NCBI GenBank assembly: GCA_021845905.1
Contig: JAJZVA010000005.1
Location: 36,861-100,860 of the forward strand
Reading direction: 5' to 3'
DNA from: Pseudomonadota bacterium
Lineage (GTDB): Bacteria > Pseudomonadota > Alphaproteobacteria > Micavibrionales > UBA2020
Length of the DNA: 64,000 nt
Positions 9,273 through 20,428 of the stretch are shown here, one piece after another. Position 1 is the first letter of the stretch; each line of letters begins with the position of its first letter. Under the pieces are notes generated by a model, which was not told where the DNA came from, did not search any database, and saw only the letters and a program-made list of their open reading frames with translations. The position numbers and the translations under genes were made by a program.

Positions 9273-10268
9273 ATGCAAAGCGCACTGAAACACGAATTCA
9301 ACAAAACGGCGGCGGCGGCGTACGAAGCGTTTCCCGGGAAGCTGGAACGTCTGGTCGTGTTGGTTGTGCCGACGGAGGATACGCCGGTTTATGTTTCGCC
9401 CGCCGTCGCGGAGGAACTCTCGCGGAACGTCGGGGACGTCAAAAAATTTATCGCGGGTTTGTCCGCCGACATGCAACGGAGAGGCTGGGCCGGACTGGCG
9501 AACCGATACGAATCCATTGCGCAAACCTCCATCAATATGGTCGCGTTGAACGAAATATTTTTGCAAAATTTCTACCATGGGCGCGAACGCGAGATGTGGT
9601 CGTTTTTGGTGTTAGATCATGAACTGGGCCACCATGTGACGGAAAAAGGCATGAGCATGATGCTTCACAGGAGCGTCTGCGAATGCTCAGCCGAAGCCTA
9701 TGCCGCGTTGCGCCATATCCAGCGTTTCGGCAAGGGCACGCCGTTTCTGTCCGCTGAAATGAACCGCGTCGCATACAGCATCGTCCTGCGCGCCGACAGT
9801 ACCCATTACACGTCGGAGACGATCGCGCGCGCCATGCAAGTCGCAGAAGACATGGACATTTCGGGGCTTTCGTTGCCCGAGACTGCCGTTCTCGCGCAAA
9901 AAATCGCCGATGAAACGACCATGGGCGAGGGCGTGCTTGAAAAAATCCGCTGCGCTTACAAGCCTGTACAATATGCATACTTCTATCGTATAGGCGATTT
10001 TTCCACCGTTGTCGGCAAGCTTTACGCGCGCGACCCTGACGCCTACGCTCTTTTTTGCCGCGAGACGCTGGCAGTGATGCGGGGGTGGGCTTCCGATGCG
10101 GACGTCTTCAAGGCGGGAAAGCGCTTCCTGAGCTATCCGCCCATCGCTGCCTTTATGCAAGAGCAGGCGAAAACAGACGCTTTCTACAAAGATGCGCTGG
10201 ATTTCCTCAAAAAAGCGCAAAACCGCGGCACGGGCGTTCCCGCGCGTCCTTTTAAAAAGAGTTTTTGA
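9273..10268 (+). CDS. Uncharacterised HExxH protein, paralogue 2
   Basis: Start MQSALKHEFNKTAAAAYEAFPGKLERLVV aligns with paralogue 1 (LNKVAAEAHQAFPEKLERLVV). HELGH at 9618-9632 is followed by ...SVCECSAEAYAALRHIQRFG. The ORF-track start 9126 (GTG) would overlap paralogue 1 out of frame. It begins 11 nt after the paralogue 1 stop. Confidence 0.75.
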   Translation: MQSALKHEFNKTAAAAYEAFPGKLERLVVLVVPTEDTPVYVSPAVAEELSRNVGDVKKFIAGLSADMQRRGWAGLANRYESIAQTSINMVALNEIFLQNFYHGREREMWSFLVLDHELGHHVTEKGMSMMLHRSVCECSAEAYAALRHIQRFGKGTPFLSAEMNRVAYSIVLRADSTHYTSETIARAMQVAEDMDISGLSLPETAVLAQKIADETTMGEGVLEKIRCAYKPVQYAYFYRIGDFSTVVGKLYARDPDAYALFCRETLAVMRGWASDADVFKAGKRFLSYPPIAAFMQEQAKTDAFYKDALDFLKKAQNRGTGVPARPFKKSF

Positions 10269-11248
10269 TGAAGAGCATATTGGCCACCGCAAAAAAATTC
10301 ACGCGCGCCGCGCGAAAGCCGCAAGAAGAGACGTTCGATTTCGAGCGCGAGGTTTTGCAGGTCTGGCGCGATTTTCCGCAAGTGAAGGACAAGGTCTTCT
10401 TTCTCGACGCCAGCAATGACGCGCGCCTCGTCTATCCCGAAGAGAGCGCGGGCCGCGCCGCTGCCGAGGCCTTGTTGCATGAGCGCGACGCCGTGCAGCG
10501 CATGAAAAACACTTTTGCCTCCTGGGGGATGAAAAATTCCTATTGCCAGCCGATCGGCGAAGGACGGCGGCTTTTGTATGTGTTGCGGGAAAAACATCCC
10601 TTTGACAAGATTTCGCCGCGCGCGCCGCAGGCGCAGGAGACGGCGTTCGTCTTCGATCACGAGCTCGGCCATGCGATTATTCCCCATGGAATCGGCATTT
10701 CCGCCAATCTGTCTGAATGCGTCGCCGATGCTTATGCCACCATCCGGCATTTTCAGCGCTACGGGGCGGATTCGCCGCATATCGCCCATATCGTGAACAA
10801 CAGGGCATTCGACTTTATTTTCAGGGACCGGGATTACGGCTTCAGCCACTTCACCAGTTCCGTCACGGAGAAAATTCTTAGCCGCCGCCATGAGATCGAC
10901 TGGAAGGCCCTGACGCCGCAGGAAACGCTCGAACTGGCGGAGAAATTCGCGCTCGGGCATGCAATGAAGATCATTCCGTTGTCGGCGCTGCAAAGCGATT
11001 TCTACGCCGTGCGGATGAGCGGGCAACCCGTCGCGCAGGGCAACAAGCCGCCTTTGAAAAAACTGGCGGAGAAAGTGCTGTCGACGGATTCGGCCGATGT
11101 TTTCAAGTATGGCTCCGCCGCGCTGGCGCTTTATGTCGACAAAGAGACCGCTGACAAGGTTTTGAAAGGAAAATACTGGGATGACGTGCGCAGAAAACTG
11201 GCAATAAAAAGAAAATCATTCACGCAGCCTCCGTCTCCCAAGTTCTGA
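10268..11248 (+). CDS. Uncharacterised HExxH protein, paralogue 3 (divergent)
   Basis: ATG 10268 shares one nt with the paralogue 2 TGA (TGATG). HELGH at 10658-10672 is followed by ...NLSECVADAYATIRHFQRYG. The C-terminus is ...KRKSFTQPPSPKF. Confidence 0.75.
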   Translation: MKSILATAKKFTRAARKPQEETFDFEREVLQVWRDFPQVKDKVFFLDASNDARLVYPEESAGRAAAEALLHERDAVQRMKNTFASWGMKNSYCQPIGEGRRLLYVLREKHPFDKISPRAPQAQETAFVFDHELGHAIIPHGIGISANLSECVADAYATIRHFQRYGADSPHIAHIVNNRAFDFIFRDRDYGFSHFTSSVTEKILSRRHEIDWKALTPQETLELAEKFALGHAMKIIPLSALQSDFYAVRMSGQPVAQGNKPPLKKLAEKVLSTDSADVFKYGSAALALYVDKETADKVLKGKYWDDVRRKLAIKRKSFTQPPSPKF

Positions 11249-11336
11249 AAAACCGACTCTTCGTTTTTAGGGGCAGATTTAAGAGCCCCGTTGTTATAGA
11301 CTTCTGAATCGAAAAAACGGATTCAGGAGCGTCATA

Positions 11337-13187
11337 ATGCCAAGCTACAAAGCCCCCCTCGATGACATGCGTTTTGTGTTGAACGAAGTGCTGGATGTTG
11401 CGCAGCTCTCCCGCATTCCGGACTTCGCACAGGTCGACAAGCCAACCGTCAACCAGTTTCTCGAAGAAATCGCCAAAATGGCTTCGGATGTGCTGTTTCC
11501 GCTCAACGCCGTGGGCGACCGCGAGGGCTGCACGCACGACGTCGCGACCAAAGCGGTTAAAACGCCAAGCGGTTTCAAAGACGCCTACAAACAGTTTTGC
11601 GAAGCGGGGCTGACCGGCTTTGCCTGCGATCCGAAATTCGGCGGCCTCGGCATGCCGATCGTGCTCAACACCGCTTTAAGCGAGATGTTCTGCTCGGCGA
11701 ATTTGTCTTTTGGCATGTATCCGGGTTTGAGCCACGGCGCGTATAACGCGCTGCACGAATACGGCACGGATGAACAAAAGCAGACTTATCTTCCCAAACT
11801 CGTCTCCGGCGAATGGTCGGGGACGATGTGTTTGACGGAGCCGCAATGCGGCACCGACCTCGGTCTCATCAAAACCAAGGCGGTGAAAAACGCCGACGGA
11901 TCTTTCGCCCTCAGCGGCACCAAGATTTTTATTTCCGCGGGCGAGCACGACCTGACGGAAAACATCTGCCACCTCGTGCTGGCGCGGATCGAGGCGGAAG
12001 ATACGCCCAAAGGCATCAAGGGCATCAGCCTCTTCATCGTGCCGAAGTTTTTGCCGGACGGCATGACGCACAACAATGTCTCTTGCGGACGGCTGGAAGA
12101 AAAAATGGGCATCCACGGCAACAGCACGTGCGAAATGAATTTTGATAGCGCGAAAGGCTGGTTGGTGGGCGAAGCGCACAAGGGCATGAAGGCGATGTTC
12201 GTGATGATGAACGAGGCGCGCCTCGGTGTCGGGTTGCAGGGCTTGGGCTTAAGCGAAGTCGCCTATCAGAACGGCCTCAATTACGCATTGGAGCGCGTGC
12301 AAAGCCCGCCGATAGACCAGAAAGGCGCGCACTCATCCGTCGCGATCATCAATCACCCCGATGTGCGGCGCGAGCTTTTGAGCATCAAGGCCGCGGTCGA
12401 GGGCGAGCGCATGCTGGCTTACTGGCTCTCGATGCAGCTTGACATCTCGCAAAAAGATCCCGATGAAAACGCGCGCAAAAAAGCGAAAAAACTCGTCGAT
12501 CTGCTCACGCCCATCGTCAAGGCGCATTTCACCGACAACGCGGTGGAAAACACCAATTCCGCGATACAGGTCTTCGGCGGTCACGGCTATATCAAAGAGC
12601 ACGGCATGGAGCAGTTCAACCGCGACGCGCGCATCACCCGCCTTTACGAAGGCACCAACGGCATTCAGGGGCTGGACCTGATCGGCCGCAAGGTTTTGAA
12701 AGAGAATTTGCTGCCCGGTTATCTGCGTCTGCTGGGCGAAGATTTGAAAGCGGCGAAAAAGAACGACGTTTCCTCCGCGCTCGTCGCTCCGGTTGCACAC
12801 ACGGCGCGCAAATTGCAGTCGGTCACGCGCAAATTGCGCTTCCGCGCGCTGCTGGGCACGATATTCCGCAAGACGGCGTTCATGCGCGACGCCGCGGCGA
12901 TGTCGACCGATTATTACAAGCTGATGAGCCTTGTCGTCATCGGCCACATGTGGGTGAAGATGGCGGATGCGGCGACGCAAAAACTGGCCGCGCAAAAACC
13001 TGACGCCGGCCCGCAAGGCGACGTGCGCGATTTCTATGAAACGAAGCTGAAAACCGCGCGTTTCTACATGAAGAAAGTCATGCCGCAGGCGGCGGCGCAT
13101 CTCGGCGCGATGGAAGGCGGCGCCGATACGTTGATGGACATTCCGGCGGAGAAGTTCGCGCACGCGCAAACGACGATAGGGGCGTGA
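11337..13187 (+). CDS. Long-form acyl-CoA dehydrogenase (N-terminal extension plus C-terminal helical domain)
   Basis: 616 aa: GLTGFACDPKFGGLGMP...WSGTMCLTEPQCGTDLGLIKTKA...QVFGGHGYIKEHGMEQFNRDARITRLYEGTNGIQ. AGGAG lies 8 nt upstream. Confidence 0.9.
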   Translation: MPSYKAPLDDMRFVLNEVLDVAQLSRIPDFAQVDKPTVNQFLEEIAKMASDVLFPLNAVGDREGCTHDVATKAVKTPSGFKDAYKQFCEAGLTGFACDPKFGGLGMPIVLNTALSEMFCSANLSFGMYPGLSHGAYNALHEYGTDEQKQTYLPKLVSGEWSGTMCLTEPQCGTDLGLIKTKAVKNADGSFALSGTKIFISAGEHDLTENICHLVLARIEAEDTPKGIKGISLFIVPKFLPDGMTHNNVSCGRLEEKMGIHGNSTCEMNFDSAKGWLVGEAHKGMKAMFVMMNEARLGVGLQGLGLSEVAYQNGLNYALERVQSPPIDQKGAHSSVAIINHPDVRRELLSIKAAVEGERMLAYWLSMQLDISQKDPDENARKKAKKLVDLLTPIVKAHFTDNAVENTNSAIQVFGGHGYIKEHGMEQFNRDARITRLYEGTNGIQGLDLIGRKVLKENLLPGYLRLLGEDLKAAKKNDVSSALVAPVAHTARKLQSVTRKLRFRALLGTIFRKTAFMRDAAAMSTDYYKLMSLVVIGHMWVKMADAATQKLAAQKPDAGPQGDVRDFYETKLKTARFYMKKVMPQAAAHLGAMEGGADTLMDIPAEKFAHAQTTIGA

Positions 13188-15160
13188 CCGTGAAAAAGTT
13201 TTTCAAGGGGCTGCTGTGGTTTTTCGTCTGCTTTATCGCGGTGGATGCCGCCGTCGTCGCCGCCCTGCCGCATTTTTTGCCGATGGCGAAGGTCGAGGCG
13301 CTGGTCAGGCAGAAGGTGCGCGAAGCGACGGGGCGGGATATCGCTTTCAAAAGCGCGAAGTTCGTCTTCTGGCCGGATATCGGCGTGCGCCTGACGGATG
13401 TCGCTTTCGGCAATCCCGTATGGGCCGCGCATAAAAACATGCTTTCCCTCGGCGAGGCCGACGTGGCGCTGGCGGTGATGCCGCTGTTGCACAAGCAGGT
13501 CGTCGTCAAGCGCTTTATCCTCAGTGCGCCGGACATCGACCTTGAAATCGGCGCGAACGGACAAAAGAACTGGGATTTCTCCACGGCGCCCGCCGCCGTT
13601 GCCGTCAAATCCGCCGCGGACAGCCCGCGCAAGAGCGTGCCCGCGCCGTCGCAATTCGCCTTTCACTTCGGCGAGATGCGCATCAGCAACGGGAAGCTTG
13701 TCTTCACAGACATGCAGAAAAACCAGACCGTCTGGCTTCGCGATATCGACGTGAATGTCAAATGGCCGGACAGCGCCCAGCCGCTCCATATCGGCGGCAC
13801 GGTGACATACAAAGGCAAACGCATCGCCCTGACCCTCGCGCTCGACAAACCGGCCGATCTTCTGGCCGGGCGTCAGTCCGCCGGGGAGGCGCGCGTGAAG
13901 ACCGACGATCTTTCCGTCAAGGCCGGGGGCGATTTCGCCACGCAGGGCGTTTTCTTCAGCGGCGGCGTCGATGCAGGCGTGCCCGATCTCGCGTCTTTTC
14001 TGGCCTGGGTGCGGGATGACAAGACGCAAAGGAAACTGCCTTTCCATGCGCTCTCTTTCAGCGGCAACGCGCGTTTGGAGCGGACGGGGCTGACGTTGAA
14101 GGAATCGACGCTGGCGCTGGACGACGTGCGGGCGAAAGGCGGCGTGAGCGTGAGTTTCACCAAGAAGCCGGACATCGTCGGGAGGCTCTCCCTGAACAAG
14201 CTCGATCTCGACCGTTTCACCGGCGGCGGCACGGCGGCCGCATCGGGAGCGGCTGCGCCCGAGAATCAAAAAACGGCAAACGCGCGCGGCTGGGATGCGA
14301 CGCCGCTCGATTTTTCAGGGCTGAACGCGGTTGACGCCGACCTGCAGCTCGACACGCAAGGCTTCACCCTGCGCGGCGCGGCGGTCGGGCCGTCGATGCT
14401 GACCGTGCGGCTGCAAAACGGCGACTTGAGATTCCAGTCTTCCAAAGCGCCGCTGTTCGGCGGATATTTTTCGTCCGATCTCGGGCTGGATGCCGCAGGC
14501 GCTTTGCCGAAGCTGGCGCTCGTTTTCGACATGCAGGGCGTGCAGGCGGAACCCGTCCTTGCGACGTTCGCGCATTTCGACAAGCTGAGCGGCGCTGCCA
14601 CGGCGCATGTGTCGGTGACGGCCTCGGGCGACAGCCAGAAGGCGATCATCTCCAGCCTTGACGGCGGCGGCGGTTTCGATTTCAAGAACGGCGCGCTCAA
14701 AGGCATCGACATGGTCAAAATCGCCGAGTTGGTGCAGGCGCATTCCTCCAACACCAGCGTCGGCGCGGGCGAGACGCGGTTCGTCGACATGACCGGCACG
14801 TTCAAAATCGCGCGTGGCGTTGCTTCCAACAACGACCTCAAAGTGACCGGCGCCGTGTTGCGCGCGACAGGCGGCGGAACGGTCGACCTGCCGCAAAAAT
14901 ACATAAATTACCGCGTGAGGCCGGAGCTTCTCTCTTCAACGGGGACGCAGGGCGCCAGCGGCGTCAGCGTGCCCGTCGATATCCGCGGGCCGTTTGACAA
15001 TATAAAAGTCGTTCCTGATTTCGTTTCCGCCGTCAGGGGGATCGCTGCCAACCCCTCCGCCGCGCGGCAGACGATCCGGAACATCAGGGACAATTTCAAG
15101 CAGAACCCCGTCGGCGCGTTGCAAAACCTGCTGGGCGGCAGCGGACTTTTAGGACACTAA
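13184..15160 (+). CDS. AsmA-family outer-membrane biogenesis protein
   Basis: 658 aa with an N-terminal TM anchor (LLWFFVCFIAVDAAVVAAL), then ...RDIAFKSAKFVFWPDIGVRLTDVAF..., and a C-terminal AsmA_2-like region (GGGFDFKNGALKGIDM...LKVTGAVLRATGGGTVDL). GTG start overlaps the upstream TGA. Confidence 0.85.
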   Translation: MTVKKFFKGLLWFFVCFIAVDAAVVAALPHFLPMAKVEALVRQKVREATGRDIAFKSAKFVFWPDIGVRLTDVAFGNPVWAAHKNMLSLGEADVALAVMPLLHKQVVVKRFILSAPDIDLEIGANGQKNWDFSTAPAAVAVKSAADSPRKSVPAPSQFAFHFGEMRISNGKLVFTDMQKNQTVWLRDIDVNVKWPDSAQPLHIGGTVTYKGKRIALTLALDKPADLLAGRQSAGEARVKTDDLSVKAGGDFATQGVFFSGGVDAGVPDLASFLAWVRDDKTQRKLPFHALSFSGNARLERTGLTLKESTLALDDVRAKGGVSVSFTKKPDIVGRLSLNKLDLDRFTGGGTAAASGAAAPENQKTANARGWDATPLDFSGLNAVDADLQLDTQGFTLRGAAVGPSMLTVRLQNGDLRFQSSKAPLFGGYFSSDLGLDAAGALPKLALVFDMQGVQAEPVLATFAHFDKLSGAATAHVSVTASGDSQKAIISSLDGGGGFDFKNGALKGIDMVKIAELVQAHSSNTSVGAGETRFVDMTGTFKIARGVASNNDLKVTGAVLRATGGGTVDLPQKYINYRVRPELLSSTGTQGASGVSVPVDIRGPFDNIKVVPDFVSAVRGIAANPSAARQTIRNIRDNFKQNPVGALQNLLGGSGLLGH

Positions 15161-15179
15161 ACAAAGGAAGATGAAACCG

Positions 15180-16488
<1,309 letters not shown>

Positions 16489-16508
<20 letters not shown>

Positions 16509-17205
16509 AGGCATTATCCTTTCCGTGCGCGGACACGGCGAAACAGGCGGCGTGGTCTCGTTGCTGACCCGCGCGCATGGCCGCGCCATGGGTTATATCT
16601 ACGGCGCGACGTCGTCCAGAATGCGCGGCGTGCTGGAGCCGGGCAATCTCGTCTCCGTGCTCTGGCAGGCGAAATCGTCCGACCAGCTGGGGAATTTCAC
16701 GCCGGAGCTGGAGAAAAGCGCGGCGGCCGACGTGATGGACGATCCTCTCAAGCTCACCGCCATGCAGTCGGCTTGCGTTCTCGCGGACAAAACCCTGCCG
16801 GAGCGCGAAAATCACCCGGGCGTGTTCGAGGGCACGAAGGCGCTAATGGCGTCGTTCGCCACCGACATCTGGGCGGCGACTTATATATATTGGGAGATCG
16901 GTCTTTTGCGCGAGCTGGGCTTCGGGCTTGATCTTTCAAAATGCGCCGCGACCGGCGCTGTGGATAACCTGATCTACGTCAGCCCGAAATCCGGCTGCGC
17001 GGTTTCCGCGGCGGCGGGGGAAATTTATAAAGAGCGTCTGCTCGCCTTGCCGGCGTTTCTGCGCGGGGCGGGGGAATTTGGCGACGCGGACATCCTTGAG
17101 GGGCTGAAACTGACCGGGCATTTTCTCCGCCATCGCGTTTTCGCCTTGTCGAACAGCGACTTGCCGGAGTCGCGGCTCAGACTCGAAGAGAAATTCAGGG
17201 GTTGA
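16489..17205 (+). CDS. recO: DNA repair protein RecO
   Basis: MPEWQDEGIILSVRGHGETGGVVSLLTRAHGRAMGYIYGATSSRMRGVLEPGNLVSVLWQAK is a typical RecO N-terminus. It overlaps the purB end by 20 nt; the track start 16468 is TTG. Confidence 0.85.
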
Positions 17206-17251
17206 TTTTAAACGGCTGGTTTTCAGCAAAAAAATCGGCTAAAAGAGAAAT

Positions 17252-19501
17252 ATGGCGAAAAAAGGCAACAGCAACAACGCTTTGGCGATGAACGTGCAGG
17301 ACCGCGAGCTCGGGCCGATCCTGAGCGAGAAATATTTGTCCTATGCGCTCTCCACGATCATGTCGCGCTCGTTGCCCGACGTGCGCGACGGCATGAAGCC
17401 CGTTCACCGCCGCGTGATTTACGCCATGATGCAGCTTTCCCTGAAGCCGGAAACCGCGCCGAAAAAGTGCGCGCGCGTGGTTGGCGACGTCATCGGCAAG
17501 TTTCACCCGCACGGCGACCAGTCGGTTTACGACGCGCTGGTGCGCCTCGCGCAGGATTTCTCCGTGCGCTATCCGCTGGTCGACGGGCAGGGCAATTTCG
17601 GCAACATCGACGGCGACAACGCCGCCGCCATGCGATACACCGAAGCGCGCATGACTGAAGTGGCGCAGTTGTTGCTCGAAGGCATCGACGACGACGCCGT
17701 GGATTTCCGAGCGACCTACGACGGCGAGACGATGGAACCGGTCGTGTTTCCCGCCAACTTCCCGAATTTGCTCGCCAACGGCTCGTCCGGCATCGCGGTC
17801 GGCATGGCGACTTCGATCCCGCCGCACAACGTCGCGGAACTCTGCGACGCGCTGGAAGTGCTGATCGACAATCCCGACTGCACGGTCAAGGATCTGCTGA
17901 AGCATGTCAAAGGCCCGGATTTCCCGACCGGCGGCATTCTGGTCGAAGACCGCGCCAGCATCATCAGCGCCTATGAAACCGGGCGCGGCACCTTCCGCAT
18001 GCGCGCCAAGTGGCACAAAGAGGATTTGAAAAACGACAACTGGCAGATCGTCGTCACCGAAATTCCCTATCAGGTGGTGAAGTCGCGGCTGATCGAGAAG
18101 ATCGCCGATCTCATCGTCACCAAGAAAATTCCGTTCCTTGACGACATCACCGATGAATCAGCCGAGGACATCCGCATCGTCCTGACGCCGAAGAACAAGA
18201 GCATCGAGGCCGAGCTCTTGATGGAACAGATCTTTCGCCAGACGGATCTCGAAAGCCGCTTCGGTCTCAACATGAACGTGCTGGACGGCGGCACCGTGCC
18301 GCGCGTGATGAATTTGAAAGAGGTTTTGCAGGCTTTCGTCGATCACCGGCAAGAGGTTCTGGTGCGCCGCTCGAAGCACCGCCTTGCAAACATAGAGCAT
18401 CGCCTTGAAGTGCTCGCCGGTTTGCTGATCGCTTATCTGAACATCGATGAGGTCATCCACATCATCCGTACGGAAGACGACCCCAAGGCGAAGATGATCA
18501 AAAAGTGGAAGCTGACGGATGTGCAGTGCGACGCGATTCTCAACATGCGCCTGCGTTCTTTGCGCAAACTGGAAGAGATCGAGATCAAAAACGAGCATAA
18601 GGATTTGACCGCCGAGAAGTCGGAACTTGAGAAGCTGATCGCCAGCGCCGCGCGGCAGATGACGGCGATCAAGAAGCAGATCAAGGGCATTTACGAGGCT
18701 TTCGGGCCGAAAACCGCACTCGGCGCGCGCCGCACGAAAATCGGCAAAGCGGTCGAAACCGTGGATATTCCCGTCGATGCCTTTATCGAGAAAGAGCCGA
18801 TCACCGTCATTTGCTCGGACAAAGGCTGGATCCGCGCGATGAAAGGCCATTTGGAGCCGGACAAAATCTCATCCATCTCTTATAAAGAGGGCGACGGCGC
18901 GAAATTCGCGTTTCATGCGGAGACGACGGACAAGTTGATCGCTTTCTCCACCAACGGAAAGTTCTACACCATCGGCGCGGACAAGTTGCCCTCCGGCCGC
19001 GGGTTCGGCGAGCCGGTGCGGCTGATGATCGACCTTGGCAACGAGGCGGATCTTCTCACGCTCATGGTGCATGATCCTGATAGAAAGTTGCTTGTCGCCG
19101 CCGACGACGGGCGCGGTTTCATCGTGCCGGAGCAGGAGATTTTGTCGCAGACCAAAAACGGCAAGCAATGCCTGCTGGTCAAGGAAGACGCTGAGGCGCG
19201 CGTCTGCGTGCCGGTAACGGGCGATCACGTCGCGGTCATCGGAAAAAACCGCAAGCTGCTGATCTTCAAGCTGGACGAAATCCCCGAAATGACGCGCGGC
19301 GTCGGCGTGATCTTGCAGCGTTACAAGGACGGCGGGCTTGCCGACGCGAAGACATTCGCGATCAAAGACGGCCTGAGCTGGTACAGCGGCGGACGCGAAC
19401 GCATCGAGAAAAAACTTAAATCATGGATCGGACAGCGCGCGCAGGCGGGCATGTTGCCGCCCAACGGCTTTCCGCGCCAGCCGAAGTTCGGCAACGGCTG
19501 A
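17252..19501 (+). CDS. parC: DNA topoisomerase IV subunit A
   Basis: 749 aa: [17 protein letters not shown]...[63 protein letters not shown]. The length and absence of a GyrA box fit the alphaproteobacterial ParC type. Confidence 0.92.
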   Translation: MAKKGNSNNALAMNVQDRELGPILSEKYLSYALSTIMSRSLPDVRDGMKPVHRRVIYAMMQLSLKPETAPKKCARVVGDVIGKFHPHGDQSVYDALVRLAQDFSVRYPLVDGQGNFGNIDGDNAAAMRYTEARMTEVAQLLLEGIDDDAVDFRATYDGETMEPVVFPANFPNLLANGSSGIAVGMATSIPPHNVAELCDALEVLIDNPDCTVKDLLKHVKGPDFPTGGILVEDRASIISAYETGRGTFRMRAKWHKEDLKNDNWQIVVTEIPYQVVKSRLIEKIADLIVTKKIPFLDDITDESAEDIRIVLTPKNKSIEAELLMEQIFRQTDLESRFGLNMNVLDGGTVPRVMNLKEVLQAFVDHRQEVLVRRSKHRLANIEHRLEVLAGLLIAYLNIDEVIHIIRTEDDPKAKMIKKWKLTDVQCDAILNMRLRSLRKLEEIEIKNEHKDLTAEKSELEKLIASAARQMTAIKKQIKGIYEAFGPKTALGARRTKIGKAVETVDIPVDAFIEKEPITVICSDKGWIRAMKGHLEPDKISSISYKEGDGAKFAFHAETTDKLIAFSTNGKFYTIGADKLPSGRGFGEPVRLMIDLGNEADLLTLMVHDPDRKLLVAADDGRGFIVPEQEILSQTKNGKQCLLVKEDAEARVCVPVTGDHVAVIGKNRKLLIFKLDEIPEMTRGVGVILQRYKDGGLADAKTFAIKDGLSWYSGGRERIEKKLKSWIGQRAQAGMLPPNGFPRQPKFGNG

Positions 19502-19548
19502 TTCTATATCCCGTTGAAAATAAATAATAATTTATAGTTTTTTATTTT

Positions 19549-19577
19549 TTGACATATTATGTATGAATATGTAATTT
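19549..19577 (+). promoter_or_regulatory. Sigma70-type promoter candidate (TTGACA-17-TAATTT)
   Basis: Read directly in the A+T-rich spacer after parC: TTGACA 19549-19554, TAATTT 19572-19577. It lies about 45 nt upstream of ATG 19622. Confidence 0.35.
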
Positions 19578-19621
19578 AGTATCATCAGCGGGAATAATAT
19601 TTTGAATTGAAAGGACATACC

Positions 19622-20419
19622 ATGCCGACATTGGATTTTGAACGTTTTATGAAAGAGATGAAAGATTTGCCGCTCGTCGAAACGGCTGAGTCCTGCGCCG
19701 CTTCTTACAAGCTTCGCAAAGAGCTGGAAAGCTATGCGGCGCGCCTTAAGCCGGAGGAACTGACGCAGGCGATTGATTTTCTGGAGGAAGTCGCCGCCAG
19801 CAGCCCTTATCGCGACATCGACGCGCCGGGTGCGGAGCTTCATCACCGGCAAACGTCGGGGCAGGACGTGAGCCTTACCGCCGTGAGAACGCTTGCGTTT
19901 ATAGCCTCCTTGTTTCCGGAGAAGGGCGCAGAGATCGTCGGCCGCCTCGATACCCTCGCTCAAAACAGTCAGGATTGGGACATCCGCAAGGAAGCGATCG
20001 GTGCTATAGGCGTGCTGGTGATCATGAAGAGCCAGCAATCGGCTACGGTCGCAGAAGGCGTTGCTGCGCTGGAGGCGCAGGGAGCTACAAACAGCAATGC
20101 TTACATCCGGATGCACGCACTGGCTTCTCTGTTCAGTGCCGGACGCGAAAATGAACAACTCTTGCCGCGCGCGATAGAGACGCATATCAGGGCCTCGGAA
20201 GATCCGGACAAGAGCGTGCGCATGCAGGTCCTTGCGGCACTGGGAAAACGCGCCGTGTCGCGCTCGTCGACGGACGAGGAAGCGAAAAGCCTTCTCTCCG
20301 TCTTTGAAAAAGCGGCCGCCAAAAAACCTGAGAGAGATGAAGCTAAGTTCATAGAAGAAAGAATCGTTGCGGTACAAAAACGTCTCAAGGACGGTCCGGT
20401 ACCTAGAAGGTTTCCCTGA
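19622..20419 (+). CDS. Hypothetical HEAT/PBS-lyase-like repeat protein
   Basis: ATG 19622 (MPTLDF) with AAAGGA 6 nt upstream; the track start 19607 is TTG. Recurrent helical-repeat signatures: DWDIRKEAIGAIG, NAYIRMHALASL, DKSVRMQVLAALG. No other recognisable domain. Confidence 0.6.
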   Translation: MPTLDFERFMKEMKDLPLVETAESCAASYKLRKELESYAARLKPEELTQAIDFLEEVAASSPYRDIDAPGAELHHRQTSGQDVSLTAVRTLAFIASLFPEKGAEIVGRLDTLAQNSQDWDIRKEAIGAIGVLVIMKSQQSATVAEGVAALEAQGATNSNAYIRMHALASLFSAGRENEQLLPRAIETHIRASEDPDKSVRMQVLAALGKRAVSRSSTDEEAKSLLSVFEKAAAKKPERDEAKFIEERIVAVQKRLKDGPVPRRFP

Positions 20420-20428
20420 TTCTTTCCG

